Origin: Lingula anatina
Lineage: Eukaryota; Animalia; Brachiopoda
Length of the DNA: 64,000 nucleotides
Direction of reading: 5' to 3'
NCBI GenBank assembly: GCA_051362555.1
Contig: CM120649.1
Span: 7,440,001-7,504,000 of the forward strand
In this document: positions 1-12,896 of the stretch, in pieces
How positions within the stretch are numbered: position 1 is the stretch's first letter
Layout of the letters: each line of letters begins with the position of its first letter
The notes under the pieces: model-generated
Told to the model about the DNA's origin: nothing
The model's input: only the letters and a program-made list of their open reading frames with translations
Database searches by the model: none
Program-made: the position numbers and the translations under genes

Positions 1-409
1 ATGCACAGTGTGCTTGTGCCTGTATAAGAAAATCCATATGGCGAGTGGGAAATAGGGACGCAAACGTTCACGTCTGAAAAATCCCCTGCGCCATGAATAT
101 AATAATTAGTCGCTGGGGAAATAATGTAAAGTTAGTTTCATAAACGACAAAATTCCCATATCTTCTTTTAATACCATCCCTAATATAAATTCTCGTTTTA
201 CGCATTCTTGTTCCTATAGACGTGGACGTGTTACTTTGTATTCTGATCATAGTGTGGGAACTGTTATCAGATGGTCGGTGACGTCTTTTAAATATGTAAG
301 TACTCAACAACTGTATTTTCCCATAACAAGTGTATAAGCACTAATGATAATAAAAAGATTATTATTATTATTATATTTGTGTTAGGCAGACATAACTTGT
401 CAAATCATT

Positions 410-3360
410 ATACACACATGTTAGATATATAGCGGCAGCTCCACACCACTACATCATATGTACAAGCACATTTAAACAAACTCTTTCTTAGGCAACCACG
501 GCCTCTCTCACCTTCCAACATCTCTTTTCGCGTCACGTGGAGACCGTAATTGTAACTAAAACGCACCACAGGTACTCTGTTGCTAACCACTTTGAAATGA
601 TTTACAGGCAAGCGCTGATTTCAAAAATATGTCTGACGATTTCGCAGTTTTAGTGACTAGAAAAGTTCCCCCACCAACAAAATTTCCAGCCAACATGACT
701 CATCTGTTTTTTCGAAATTCTGGCGTATCGCTATTTCAGTGCATACATTATCTCTATTACTCATTTATTTATCGATTTACAGCCTCGCTGGCTATAAATC
801 AATACAAATAATACACCTAATATTTGCCAGAATTGCATTAACCAAAGCATGACCTCTTATGTTCCACTCCAACGTGCCGGAGCAATAGAAATTAACCGTA
901 CAAACAGAAACGCCCACAGTAAAATTGAATCTTTAGAATTTCATATTATTTGCCTTATAGGTTTTTGTTCTCACAGTGAAAAAGAAAATTTTAAAAACTC
1001 CGTCCCCTCGTAGATCACCCCTACATCACATTTCACCAGTAGTAATTGACATATAAATTCAGTATGCAACGCAAGATGGCGTAAAGGACCTTTGGCCACG
1101 ACACTTCAGTCGACACTAGGGAGGACTTGTGAAAGCCTGTGCCTTAATCTTTCATATAAACTTTATCGCCCTCCCCTCTTCACTGATAAGTACAACTTAA
1201 CAAGTACCTGTTCTGCCATTCTTTTAACATGATAAATACAAGTGTTAGATGTATTTTTGACTACCGTTTTATGCGTATGGTGAGGAAGATATGGATCATC
1301 TTTTCAATGTCAAACAATATGAAGATCGACCTTCAATGAAAACTCCTTTACATGTTGATATATAAAATACGACAAACTCATTATTTATGCCAGACATTCA
1401 ACACATGAACAACCTACTATGCACATACTTGTTGACAACACAGTGGTGTCCACGTGACCCCCGCATGATATCTACAGACTTACATTCATTAAGCAAAACA
1501 CATTTGCAGAGAACTTAAAACTCTCTGACCTTCCTATATATCTCTGTTCACATCACGTTTTAACTGTTCTTATTACCAAAACGCACCACAGACGCTGGAT
1601 TGTTAAACACTTAAAGGTGGTCTACACTTAAGCGTTGATTCCATAAAGTTGTCTTGCGATTTCGCAACTTAAGATTTTCAAATTTCCCATTACTAACAAA
1701 ACTGCACTAGGCAGCCGTTTTTCCCCCCAAATATTTTCATATCGCCATTTCAAACCATTTATTCAATTCATTTCACTATTTTAGGCTTCACTGAATATTA
1801 TAAATGGAGAACACTTGAAGTGTTTGTCACACAGCTTTGTTTTCATCTAAGAATGGTCCTCACGACACCTTTTCTTTTCCACTTTGACATTCGGAAACAA
1901 TCGAAACCTGCTGCACAGTTGAGAAGCCGACGTAGGAATTGAAACCTTGGAAATTCCAAATATTTACCTTGCTGATCCTTTGTTCAGACAAACACAAAGA
2001 ATTACTGAATTTCCACATGAAAAAGAAAATTTCCAAAAAGCTCTATAACCTCATAAAATCCCCCATACCACAACACAGAAGAGGTCAAAGGAAAACAAGT
2101 TCACTACGTTAGGGAGACTGTTGTAGCTAGAGAATTCTAGAAACTTGCCTACGTGCCCTTCATCACCACTTCTTACCCGATAGTATTGACTGCCTGCCTG
2201 GCAACGCCTGTACCCTTAATTGTCCTTTATATATGAGGGCGATTTATTTGGTTGCCAATTGAAAACACTGTGGGTGGTTAGGCCAAAATATACACTTATG
2301 TTTATACATTCAGCATATGTACAAATTATGTTTTGTAATCACGTGGGAAAAATTACATGTATCTATCTCTCTACTTGCATAAACGTACAGAAAACAAAAC
2401 CACAAAGGTGACCTTAAAAAAACTATTTTAGAACAACACGGAAATGACATGTCGAAAGTGATGATGCTAATTTTTTCATTTGGAAAATACATGCTTCACA
2501 GATAAATTCAATGCTGGTAGTCAGAATGCGATTGTCGTCTCATATAAAATAATAAATCTTTATCTTCTGATTGAATGGTATGACTAATATACATGCAACT
2601 CTTACTACTGCTACATGATGTGTGCAAACATTCTGTACTATTTTTAAACATCATTATGGGCATTACCAGTTACAGTGTATATGTACAAACAGTATGTGCC
2701 ATAAAACACGGATAAGAAATATTAATAATCTAAGGCCTACACAGAACGTCAAACCATATTATACACAAATGGCGGCATATATGCACAATGCTGCGCAATC
2801 ACTACATCATATGTACGAATCAATGTACGTTTAAACAAATGCATTTGGTAGGTACCCATGAACTCTCTCTCACCTTCCAACATCTCTGTTCACTTCACTT
2901 GGAAACCGTTCTTGTAACCAAAACGCTCGCTCCACGGGTTACTGTGCTGTCAATCACTTCAGATGACCTACACGCAAGCGTTGATTTCACAAAGTTGCCC
3001 GTGATTTCATCATAAAAGTGACTATAAAAATTCCCGATTACTCACAAACATTTTTAGCTAGCATTCGTCATCCGTTTTTCCCAATCTTTTCATATCGTTT
3101 TCTGTGCATGGGGTAATTTATTCTTCGTTTGTTAATTTTTATCGGCATCAATGGCTATGAATCAATAGACACATAAAATATTTAACAGAAGTTTAGCGCT
3201 TTGCCCCCTTCTGTTCACTTCAACCATTTCTGTTACCCTAAACAATCAAGAAGATCTGAGAGACGCCGGCTATGGAATTTCCAGACAAAGATATAGTTAT
3301 CGGATTTCCGTTTTTCAAAAGAACATTCAATGGCAAAATTTCCTCACAAAAATTCCCTGT
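410..3360 (+). repeat. Three degenerate ~600-bp tandem units (~410-1030, ~1490-2070, ~2757-3360)
   Basis: Shared blocks such as ctctct(c/g)accttcc..., aagcg(c/t)tgatt, tggctat(a/g)aatcaata and tgaaaaagaaaatt recur in the same order; boundaries approximate. Confidence 0.8.
849..1013 (+). CDS. 54-aa ORF MTSYVPLQRAGAIEINRTNRNAHSKIESLEFHIICLIGFCSHSEKENFKNSVPS; possible distant or decayed relative of the microprotein family
   Basis: ATG 849 to TAG 1011-1013; TATAAA at 793. HSKIESLEFHIIC aligns with SGKVIAIEIHLEC of the 11416 protein. Homologous frame in unit 2 is broken. Confidence 0.3.
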   Translation: MTSYVPLQRAGAIEINRTNRNAHSKIESLEFHIICLIGFCSHSEKENFKNSVPS

Positions 3361-5106
3361 TTCACAACACACAAGAAACCCAAAAACAATACCAGGTGCT
3401 CGAGAGACGTCTAGAACATTGCTTATCATAACAGCTGTTAGGGCGCCAAAGGGATGGAAACTGCTCTGCATACTGATATCTCGGAACACGGATACATATC
3501 TAATTCGTAATCTATGCTTTTTCAAAAGTCAATTCTGGAAGATCTTCGCAAAGCTATTGACAAACAAGTTGTACCAGGGAGACATTTATATATTGTAACT
3601 ATGTATAACCGTGTCCATTCAATTCATTTGCTTTCTTTATTTCGAAAAGTCAATTCATTTGCTTTCTTTATTTCGACACATGGTTACCCCCTCCTGCAGC
3701 CCTGTGAGTTGCTGGCAGAAAGTCAATATTGCTAAGCTTACAATAAGCGGAGTACATGTCCTTATATTTACCTCAAATATTCAGTAACCGGTATTATCTG
3801 TTGGAGAACGAGAAAATATGTCATCATATATAGGGCAAATAACGAAAATTAATATAGACTTCTAAACAGTAATGGGCGCACAGTTGAACATGTACATATG
3901 CACGACAACAACACCGACAGCAAAAAAAAAAAAAAAAAAAAAATGTTTCACATAAGCTAATACTGAAATATTATCTAGATCTTGTTTATAAACATTCTTT
4001 TAATAAGATTAGCAGCTCTAAAACTCTGTATTAGGTAAACGACTGCCTGTAATGTTAAAAGTATCTTTATAGGTCGGATCCCATATCTGGCATGACTTTT
4101 GGTACAGAAATGAAAGGTACCGCTGTAGATACCCAGAGTTCATATCGTTTATTCAAATCTTAATCATGTACCCCTCATATTTGGTGTTTATTATGATTTT
4201 GAAACAGCTAAATTATCCATAGAAATGGCAAATCCAAATATCTCCATATTCATACACAATTAACACCAGAATGTTCTCTTTAAAAGTTAAATATTGTTAT
4301 TCTATTTCCATCCACAGTCAACAGACAGTACACAAGGAAATATCTATTACACCTAAGTGGGTATTATCACAATTGAAAATATTCCTGCGCCAATGATAAA
4401 TTTTGTGAACAGTTAAGACGTAATGCTGCTTTCATAGAAACCAAATTTCCCAAGTAAAGCGCTGTGAGTCATATTTTTTCTTTGAACCTCGCATGTCTGG
4501 TTTTAGACATTTTTATCACAAGAATGAAGTAGTCAAAACACGTTGATACACGTTTATAAATCTCTCACTTGCTCACGTCTTTATCGACTTTATATTGTAA
4601 AGAAACGTACTGATAAGCGGAGTGCGGGAAAGGAGCAGCCCGTTTTACTAGGTACCTAAAGTGACCCATGTCTAAACTCCAGTTATTTATCTTATAAATC
4701 TTTTTTAACAAAACATTTAAGACCAGAATACATTTTTGAAAAGCTTTTCCCAAAGCCCCATAACCCGAGAAAATCCTTCTAAAAATATACCACTATAATA
4801 AAATGGCAAGCACATATGAAGTATTCGGGAACTGAAGTTTCTTCTGCAACAAAATTCCCCAATTTTTCATGTGTAAGGGAAATATTTAATTACAGTATAC
4901 ATTTTTGAGAAATATTGCCCGAAGTTTCATAACTCCGACCCAAAAATTCCTTCTTATATTTCATTACACACCCAATAAAATGACAAGCATAATGAAATTA
5001 ATCTTGGAACCGATCTTTTCTTTTGTAATTGAAGGAAGTCCTCGACTCCGTTGAGGTTGAAAATACCTTGATTCGTAAATACTTCGTGAATCATCTACCA
5101 AACTGT

Positions 5107-5178
5107 CCAATCACATTTCAACACGTAAAAATTCAGAGTGATTGGAGAGTATAAAAAATCTGGAGAAATATGGTTAGT
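5107..5178 (+). promoter_or_regulatory. Core promoter of gene A: CCAAT 5107, ATTGG 5141, TATAAAA 5150, Inr-like TTAGT 5174
   Basis: Motifs seen directly and conserved in order in gene B (CCAAT 6521, ATTGG 6555, TATAAAA 6564, TTAGT 6587). Confidence 0.7.
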
Positions 5179-5203
5179 AAGAGAGAGGGATTATACCATT
5201 AAA

Positions 5204-5422
5204 ATGGGAAACGTAGAAAGCAAAGTGGAAGAAATTGTTGTCGGCATATACGAACCTAACAACGTTCCATCCGATCGGTACTTTCTGCGTTCACATGGCG
5301 CATATTGCAAAGTTCGAAAAGAAGCTACCCGGAATGGGCAGGTGAAAGTCACAATTGAGTGCAGATGCCACGTTTACCAGAGTCGGGCCACGGCTTGCAA
5401 CCTATCTAAGGCGACATATTGA
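5204..5422 (+). CDS. Microprotein family gene A (type I), 72 aa, MGNVES...HGAYC...CRC...TACN...Y
   Basis: aaaATGG start 54 nt after TATA; full family signature; AATAAA at 5972. Confidence 0.85.
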   Translation: MGNVESKVEEIVVGIYEPNNVPSDRYFLRSHGAYCKVRKEATRNGQVKVTIECRCHVYQSRATACNLSKATY

Positions 5423-5473
5423 TGAATAGTAAGAATAACTATAGACGTAATTCAGAACCTGAATTTTGACGCC

Positions 5474-5722
5474 CAATGAGACATGAAACCAATCATACCA
5501 CTTGAGGATTCCAGCCGGACAAACAGCCCAACAGACTGACCATGAGAAACAGCAACAATGAGACATGAAACCAATCATACCACTTGAGGATTCCAGCCGG
5601 ACAAACAGCCCAACAGACTGACCATGAGAAACAGCAACAATGAGACATGAAACCAATCATACCACTTGAGGATTCCAGCCGGACAAACAGCCCAACAGAC
5701 TGACCATGGGAAACAGCAACAA
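5474..5722 (+). repeat. 3 x 82-bp near-perfect tandem repeat in the 3' region of gene A
   Basis: caatgagacatgaaacc... starts at 5474, 5556 and 5638; single diverged copy after gene B. Confidence 0.95.
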
Positions 5723-6615
5723 GAATATTCGCACATTGAAATATACGAAAAGAGAACATAATAGTTAGTAAATTACCGTATTTCAATGTATAAACTGTTA
5801 TATAAACGAGGATGCCACTTCCCTGAGTAGAACCTTCATAAATGTCAAGCAATTTGTGGCACCACTCTTTTTGTGTACAAAATGTATATCTCCGAGTCAC
5901 TATGCCTTTCTCTACGACGAATGTGAAGCTATACTGTGTTATCCTTAAATGTTCTCGAATTTGGTTTCAGAAATAAAATTCAATTATTTAATTTAATCCG
6001 TTTTCTTCGCTTTCTACTGTGCTGCGCGGGAAAGGAGCAGCCCGTGTTACTATGTAACTAAAGTGACCCCTGTCTAGATTCCAGTTATTTGTCTTATAAA
6101 TCTTATTTTAACAAAACGTTTAAGAACAGAATACATTTTTGAAAAGCTTTTCCCAAAGCTCCATAACCCAAGAAAATCTTTATAAAAATACACCACTATA
6201 ATCAAATGGCAAGCACAATAAAAAGTATTCTGGAACTGAACCAAGTTTCTTTTGCAATAAATTTCCCCAATTCTGCTATGTGTAAGGGAAATATTTAATT
6301 GCAGTATACATTTCGAAGAATATTGCCATAAAGTTCCATTACTCCGACCCAAAAAAAAATCCCTTCTTATATTAATACACAGCCAATCAATCGACAAGCA
6401 CAATGAAAAGAATTTTGGAACCGAACCAAGTTTCTTTTGTAATAGAAGGTAGTCCTCAATTCTGTTGAGGTTGAAAATACCTTTATGCGCAAAGACTTCT
6501 TGAGTCATCTACAAGTCCGTCCAATCACATTCCAACACGTTAAGATTCAGAGAGATTGGACGGTATAAAAATTCTGAAAAAAATGCTTAGTAACAGAAAA
6601 GTCTGCTACACTAAA

Positions 6616-6837
6616 ATGGGAAGCGTACAGAGCGGTGTGGAAGAAATCCCCGAAGGGGAATACGATCCTGGCAAAGTTCCGTCTGATAGTCAGGTTCTAT
6701 ATTTTCATGGAAGAAAATGCAAAGTTCTTCACAGAAGGAACATCTTCACAGGGAAGGTGAAAGTTATCATTAAGTGCAGATGCAACGTTAACCGGAGTCG
6801 GGTCACGTCTTGCAACCTATCTAAGCCGAAATATTAA
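6616..6837 (+). CDS. Microprotein family gene B (type I), 73 aa, MGSVQS...HGRKC...CRC...TSCN...Y
   Basis: aaaATGG start, TATA 6564, full signature, AATAAA 7269. Confidence 0.85.
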   Translation: MGSVQSGVEEIPEGEYDPGKVPSDSQVLYFHGRKCKVLHRRNIFTGKVKVIIKCRCNVNRSRVTSCNLSKPKY

Positions 6838-7907
6838 TGATCAGTAACTCTATCAATAGACGAATCACAGAAACTAAATTTCGACGCCCAATGAGATTTG
6901 GAACCATGCAATCACACAACTTGAGGATACCAGCCGGACAGACAGCTCAACAGACAGACCATGATGACTACCAGCATCAAGAATATATACGCACATAGAA
7001 TACACGGAGAGAGAACATTAGATAATCCTAGTAAAGCTGTAATAAGTTTACAAACGAGCCGAGTGAACATATAGCGATTGAATCACTTATTTTTATGTAT
7101 TGCCTGTTATATAAATGAAGATGCCACTTTTCTGGATAAAACCTGTATAAATATCAAACAATTTGTGGCACCACTCTTTCAGTGTATATCTCCGAGTCAC
7201 TATACCTTCCTTAACAGTTAATGTGTAATCCCGTGTTATCCTTGAATGTTCTCGAATTTGATTTCAGAAATAAAAATCAATTATTCAAACTGAGCCGTTT
7301 TTGCTTTTTCGCTTTTTTATTCATTTGACTCCCCGGCAACATGATTAAATTATTATATATGTTGGATTTTAGATGATGTTATATCCTATTAATTCTTTTT
7401 TTCTTTTTGGCTTCCAAGGCTGTCCGTGCAAGCCCAAACTTTCTAGAGACAAGAATGATTTACTAAATCTAGTATTAAGAAATGCATTTTCACAAAATAG
7501 GTTTTTGAAGGTAAAATGAATTAAGCTAAACCAATGTGAATTACAGCAATAAACAAAAAGTTTTATTTCCGGTTGCCCTTTTGTGTGATAGATCTTCGAT
7601 TTTTTAGTTTTCAGTGAAAATAAGTTCTTTTAGACTTATATGCCGTTGTAAACAATGACAAAATTGCCGATATATGGTGAAATGAGTATCGATCCCCTCG
7701 CAAATATCTTTAAACAACAGTAAGGCTAAATTGGCTGAACATAGGCGTTGCCACTTTTCGTTTGTAAAGGCACGTATTGATTATTTTACTGTTATGTTGG
7801 GGATCTTTTTTACAAAGGCTATTCAATAAAGGTTTTTTCTTTATTTTTTAAAAACTGTCAAACTCTTTAGATGCTTTCTTTTTAGAAATGCGCAAATTGC
7901 ATTCATA

Positions 7908-8108
7908 ATGCCAACGAGGTTCATTCCGAGGTGTTGGCCTTAAGAAATGGATAATAGAGAAGTGCATGATATAATGCGGCAACACGTTATTTATGAGAAA
8001 TGACCAAAGAATAAAAACTCTAGCAGTCGATGTCTATATTGATTGTCACTACAGACGGTACAAGCACATCATTACACACTTTAATAAAACACCAGTCTGT
8101 GGATTTAG
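7908..8108 (+). pseudogene. Type II family pseudogene C
   Basis: MPTRFIPRCWP*EMDNREVHDIMRQHV matches MVKKFIRKFEGYEMYLIDEDRILRKHM of gene G. In-frame TAA, internal deletion/frameshift, then LAVDVYIDCHY (CxC lost). Flanks are homologous to genes F/G and the TATA is degraded. Confidence 0.8.
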
Positions 8109-10247
8109 ATTTTTACTGAAGTACATAAATATGAGGCACAGTCTCTTTTTAAAAACTTTCTTCTTACCAAATACACGTACGGCATGCATGTGCCGAAATT
8201 CTCCCCATCATCAACACACTATCACTGCAGTTACGAACTAAGCACCTAAATATTCAGAGAGCAAATCACACGTGTACACTAACCAGTGCATTGTACAGAG
8301 GCGCCAGCCGGAGATACAGCTTCTCAAAGGAAAAAAAATTAATAAAAACACAGAGCTGTTTTGAATACCTTTAAGGCATGAGACCAATTATTTCATTCTA
8401 ACAATAATTCATGTTTCCTTTGTTACATATCCTGAAGTCTGGGTCATACTTACAACTATTAACTACCACCAACTGCAATGAATCTCACATTCAGATGGAC
8501 GGACAGACCGTGACTACCAACAGCAAGAAAATAATACAGATTTGCGAGGAAACGTCAGATTAGCCTTGTTAATCTGTAATAACCGAGACGGATTAACCTA
8601 TATTGGTTCTTTTAATTCATTAGCTTTTTATGACTCAGTACGCCATTTTTCTGCGTCACACTGCTGGAATGTACATTTACATGTACCAAATACTGCATAT
8701 ACCTTATAAAAAAAACACTCAAAATAGTAACGTCGTGTGTACTTCTTACCGTGACTATGAAGTAAATCCATGGTGCTACACGTAAGATTTTATCATAAAC
8801 TGCTCCCCTCTTCCCTAACAGATAAATTAATAATTACTTTTGCTGCAGCCGTCCTTTTGTGTTATTTTTTCATTAAAGGATGGTTGAACTCCAAACCGGA
8901 TATACGTTGAGTAGACAAACCAAACACAAATGACACGTTGAGTAGGGAGAGGAGGCTAGACATTGTTTTCCTCATATATAAGTACTAAAATAAACAAAAC
9001 AAACATAGAATATATTATTCCCACCGAGTAACTTAACGTCTTGGCTTTCTTCATCCCAAATAATCTCATAAAATATGACCCAGGTATTGAGCTTACTTCT
9101 ACCCCGATTTCAGTGTCCATGCATTTAAAACACACCATTAGGCACCCATGACTGGGCACGTGTAAAAATGTTATAGCGTTCCTTCATAAGTTTCTGTCAA
9201 TTTTGCTTTATTTCTCACTCCTGCATAATAACCTGAATATCCCCTTTACGTTTAATGACAGTATTTGACGCAGTGTTATTCAAAAATTGGACCTCGGGAC
9301 GTGGTTATGATTACCCAGCCTGATATCCATAAAAATCCAATATCAATGATAGTAAAAGTGTCACCATGTTAATACCTAATTAACATCAGAATTCCCTCTA
9401 TAAAAGATAAAATAGATCTAACCTTTTTCATCTTTTAGTAAATATATTTCAGTGACAAGTTTACATGTACAATATACCGGTGCCTATATACTACAGCTTA
9501 AAGCTTAAGCATGTGTGTTAATGTTCCCAAGTTATCACCAGTACATAAGGAAACCTCCATGGCAGCTGAGTCGGTATTTTATTTTTTATTTTTTACATTA
9601 ACAATTCTTTAAGGGTAAAGTAAAGGTGCTTTATTTAATAGAATCCAAATGCTCAAATAAAATGTCATGGTGCAATGCTTTCCACGTGCTCAGTATGACA
9701 AATTTCTTTAATAAATACAATACATGTATTTTTAAACAAAACTTGTAGAAATACAATAAGAAACACCCACACCATGCCAAATCTCTGCTCACAACACGTG
9801 TATCTTTCCCATAGGTGTGGTCTGTGCCGCTAGGTACTTAAATTGACCCCAGCTGCACGCTGGTGGAACTGAAGTCGTCCAATTTTCAGATCATTACCTT
9901 ATGAATAATTAATGAGTAAAGGGAATGTATAAATATAGGAACTGTTTTTAAATAATATTTCCTAAATGCCTTAACCTCTTAAAATCTCCTAAATTTTTAT
10001 TTTATATCTTTTTCTTATATATACTTATTTTTCTTAAACACAATGTTTTGTGCTGTGATTTATTCTGAAACCAAGTTTCTTTTGCAATAAAATGATATCC
10101 CAAAATCTGTCAAGACGCTGAAAATATTGATCTGTAAACTGTTCTTGAATCACCAAACAATCTATCCAATCACGTTCTAACATATTAAGACAAAGCAGCC
10201 GGGTTGCTTATAAATTTTGAGTCTCATAGCTCTGACTTTTAATTGAA

Positions 10248-10502
10248 ATGTCTCTAACATCCGAAATGGGGGACGGGGGAAGTGCGCCGGTAGAAATCGA
10301 CGTAAAGGAGTGTAATCTTGACAACATTCCACCTGCTCTTAAAAACCTTCTGCTTGATTTTCTGCGTCAACATGAGGAACATTGCAAAATACGAAAAGAA
10401 GGAACTGATCGGAGTGGAATAGTCACAGTTTCCATAGAGTGCTACTGCGGCGGTAACCAGGGTCTGGCAACCTTTTACAACAAATCTTTGCCGCAATATT
10501 AG
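10248..10502 (+). CDS. Microprotein family gene D (type I), 84 aa from ATG 10248 or 78 aa from ATG 10266 (MGDGGS...)
   Basis: HEEHC-x18-CYC-x7-TFYN-x5-Y. CCAAT 10166, TATAAA 10209. Upstream blocks homologous to A/B (ccaagtttcttttgcaataaa). Confidence 0.85.
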   Translation: MSLTSEMGDGGSAPVEIDVKECNLDNIPPALKNLLLDFLRQHEEHCKIRKEGTDRSGIVTVSIECYCGGNQGLATFYNKSLPQY

Positions 10503-11415
10503 TAACCAATAATTCTTCTCCATTCAAGTAAATCCAATGCTGAAATATCTTATCATTCCAAATTATTTTCACCTCCTTAGAAGGACTTTATCGAATTGTA
10601 AATGCATATGACTCCACGGAATGGGAGCTCAGACGGCAAAGGCGACAATCCACAATCAACAAAGCTTAAGATATCAAGTTCTACTAGTGCTACAACTACA
10701 CACCAACTATAAGGCAACAGAAGCAGAGCACCAACAGCAATAATAGCTTTCAGCTATACAGTATTACAAACTGATACATCTCGTATTACTTATTCAAACA
10801 GAGTGACAGTGAACTGAATATATATGCTAGTGCTTAAATATGGATAAAACAGCAGAAAGGTTTGACACTGTTATTGTAATGAATTAATCTTAACATATTT
10901 ATTTCCAACAATGTTAGATCAAAGTTATCACAAAACAATTCTTAGATTTAAACAAGATATCTGATTGTGCCCGTAACCTACCGGGCTTCTTTTATATTTT
11001 TGTTCTGCTGTCATCATCGTATAACATTTGTTGAGAGGCCAATAATTATTGGTAAAGTACTAACAAGTTAAATGACACAAACGAAAACAGTAACTATAAA
11101 GAAACATTTGTGATCTTCGACTCCCTCATGCAGTGGCCAACGCAATATAGCATTATGGATGACTAATACACAGTTATAAAATACAGCGTAGCCCTGCAAT
11201 TTAAATAACAATTGGGCAAAATTTATAGATTACTTAGGCGACTGTTGACGTGTCGATTTTCCATTTGATAAGTAAAATTAACTTGCTGGTTTTAAGAAAA
11301 CTGATTTTGGGAATTTTATGACGACCAGATATAAATTATTTTGACTTTCTCCCAACACTCCAGACTTTCAATCGCCGTGGATGTAATATATCGAAATTCT
11401 TATATCTCATTAAAA

Positions 11416-11616
11416 ATGGTCCTTATGCGTACGCTTGAGGGTGATGAAATTGACAAATTAGACGAGGTGAAACAACGAATAATGCAGTTTCATGATCACT
11501 GGTTATGCCATATTGACTGTAAACTATATAAGGACAGTAGCGGGAAAGTGATAGCAATTGAAATCCACCTAGAGTGTAGATGCGGTATGGCCCAGCATCA
11601 AGCTACTTTTTATTGA
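11416..11616 (+). CDS. Microprotein family gene E (type II), 66 aa, C-terminally shortened
   Basis: aaaATGG; TATAAA 11330; HDHWLC-x22-CRC-x7-TFY-stop. 3' region shares blocks (tttgtggcaccac) with A/B. Confidence 0.75.
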   Translation: MVLMRTLEGDEIDKLDEVKQRIMQFHDHWLCHIDCKLYKDSSGKVIAIEIHLECRCGMAQHQATFY

Positions 11617-12806
11617 ACTGAAAAATCGAAGTGGAGACTTTCTTCAAAAACTTTTCAAGATATCCGACATAATTAAAATGCACTGACATATTTCACATTA
11701 TCGCAGAACTGTCCAGCTGTCATGTCCGTACATGCTCACAGAGAGCCACAGAAACTAACCACAAGCCTTACCTATCCCCTATGTTGAACAATTTCCGGAG
11801 GTGCCGCTACGCAAGGGAGAAAACTGGTATCAATCCACCTGTTACTGAATACGCCAAAGGTACGTGTTAATGTATGAGACCAGTGTAAAAGATTACTAAC
11901 TGTTAGTACCTTTCTCACCCTTCCTGGCGCCTTGAGCGCTATGCACGAAACTACGATCAATTGGACAGTATATGACACCTTTCATGGTACCATACGAAAA
12001 GACATCCCGGTGGACATAGAGTGAGCACCAACAAGAAAAAACCACACAGACAGAACGTTAGAAGATTCTACTTAACTAGTGAACTAGTATTCAGTATAAA
12101 CGACGCGGCTGAGCCTATGCTGGTTGATATAATGTGCTAGCTTTAGTATAAATGAAGACGACATTGTGCTTGGTCTCACTTTACATATATATCAAACATT
12201 TTGTGGCACCACATCTGCAATGAATATCTCCAGTGACTTGACCTGCCATGACGAAGGCTATATGACATTGCCGTGTTAGTGCTTACTCACTTCTATTCTA
12301 AACCTAGCTCCACTTCGATACTTACAAAGAAAAAAAGATTCTTTAACATGATCGATTTTTTGCGTTTTTTATATTGGGCCCTGCTACATGGGAGTTATTT
12401 ATTTGGTTTTAGATGTTGGCATAACGTTTGAAGATTATTTTATTATAGTAATTCTATCTCGCAAACCCTATATTACTAGAAATAAACTGTCAAGTATAAA
12501 GAAATGCATTTTTTGCCAAGTAGTTTTCTTAAAATGTGTTAAATAAATCCAGTGTGAAAAAAGATTGTTGTTTACTGTTGCCCTGTTGTGCATTTGACCT
12601 TTCATTTCTGCAGTATCCAGTGAAATATAGCTCTGTGAAGCGCTAATGATAGTAATACACTCATACATATTTTGGTCCGTGAGACTCCACCCACCAGCTC
12701 TCTTGGAATGTCAATAAGGCTTCAACTGACCAATCACTGGCGACTGGTGACGTTGCCACTTTTTCATTGTAATGCGCAGAATGATTATTTTAAGAAATAT
12801 GATGTT

Positions 12807-12833
12807 GGGAATTTTTGAAAAAAGCCTATAAAA
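12807..12833 (+). promoter_or_regulatory. kappaB-like GGGAATTTTT (12807) 20 nt upstream of TATAAAA (12827), gene F
   Basis: Same arrangement at gene G (14052/14072) and gene E (GGGAATTTTA 11309/TATA 11330); Rel binding is inference. Confidence 0.5.
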
Positions 12834-12896
12834 GATTTTCTCTGTTTTTCGAAGACATTCAACTTACCTCTTTGGATGTAATTTTTGGCAGTTAAA

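Larger units (their letters stand above)
4623..7290 (+). repeat. ~1.4-kb tandem duplication (gene A unit ~4623-5990, gene B unit ~6026-7290) covering promoter, CDS and 3' region
   Basis: gcgggaaaggagcagcccgt starts both copies; both end in ttcagaaataaaa.tcaattatt. Confidence 0.9.

Noticed and set aside
408-611. Minus-strand ORF containing CAC (KCACTY) as a possible family member
   Set aside because: TTG start, lacks H-x3-4-C and T-x2-N, and the frame is not conserved in the paralogous unit at ~2760-3010
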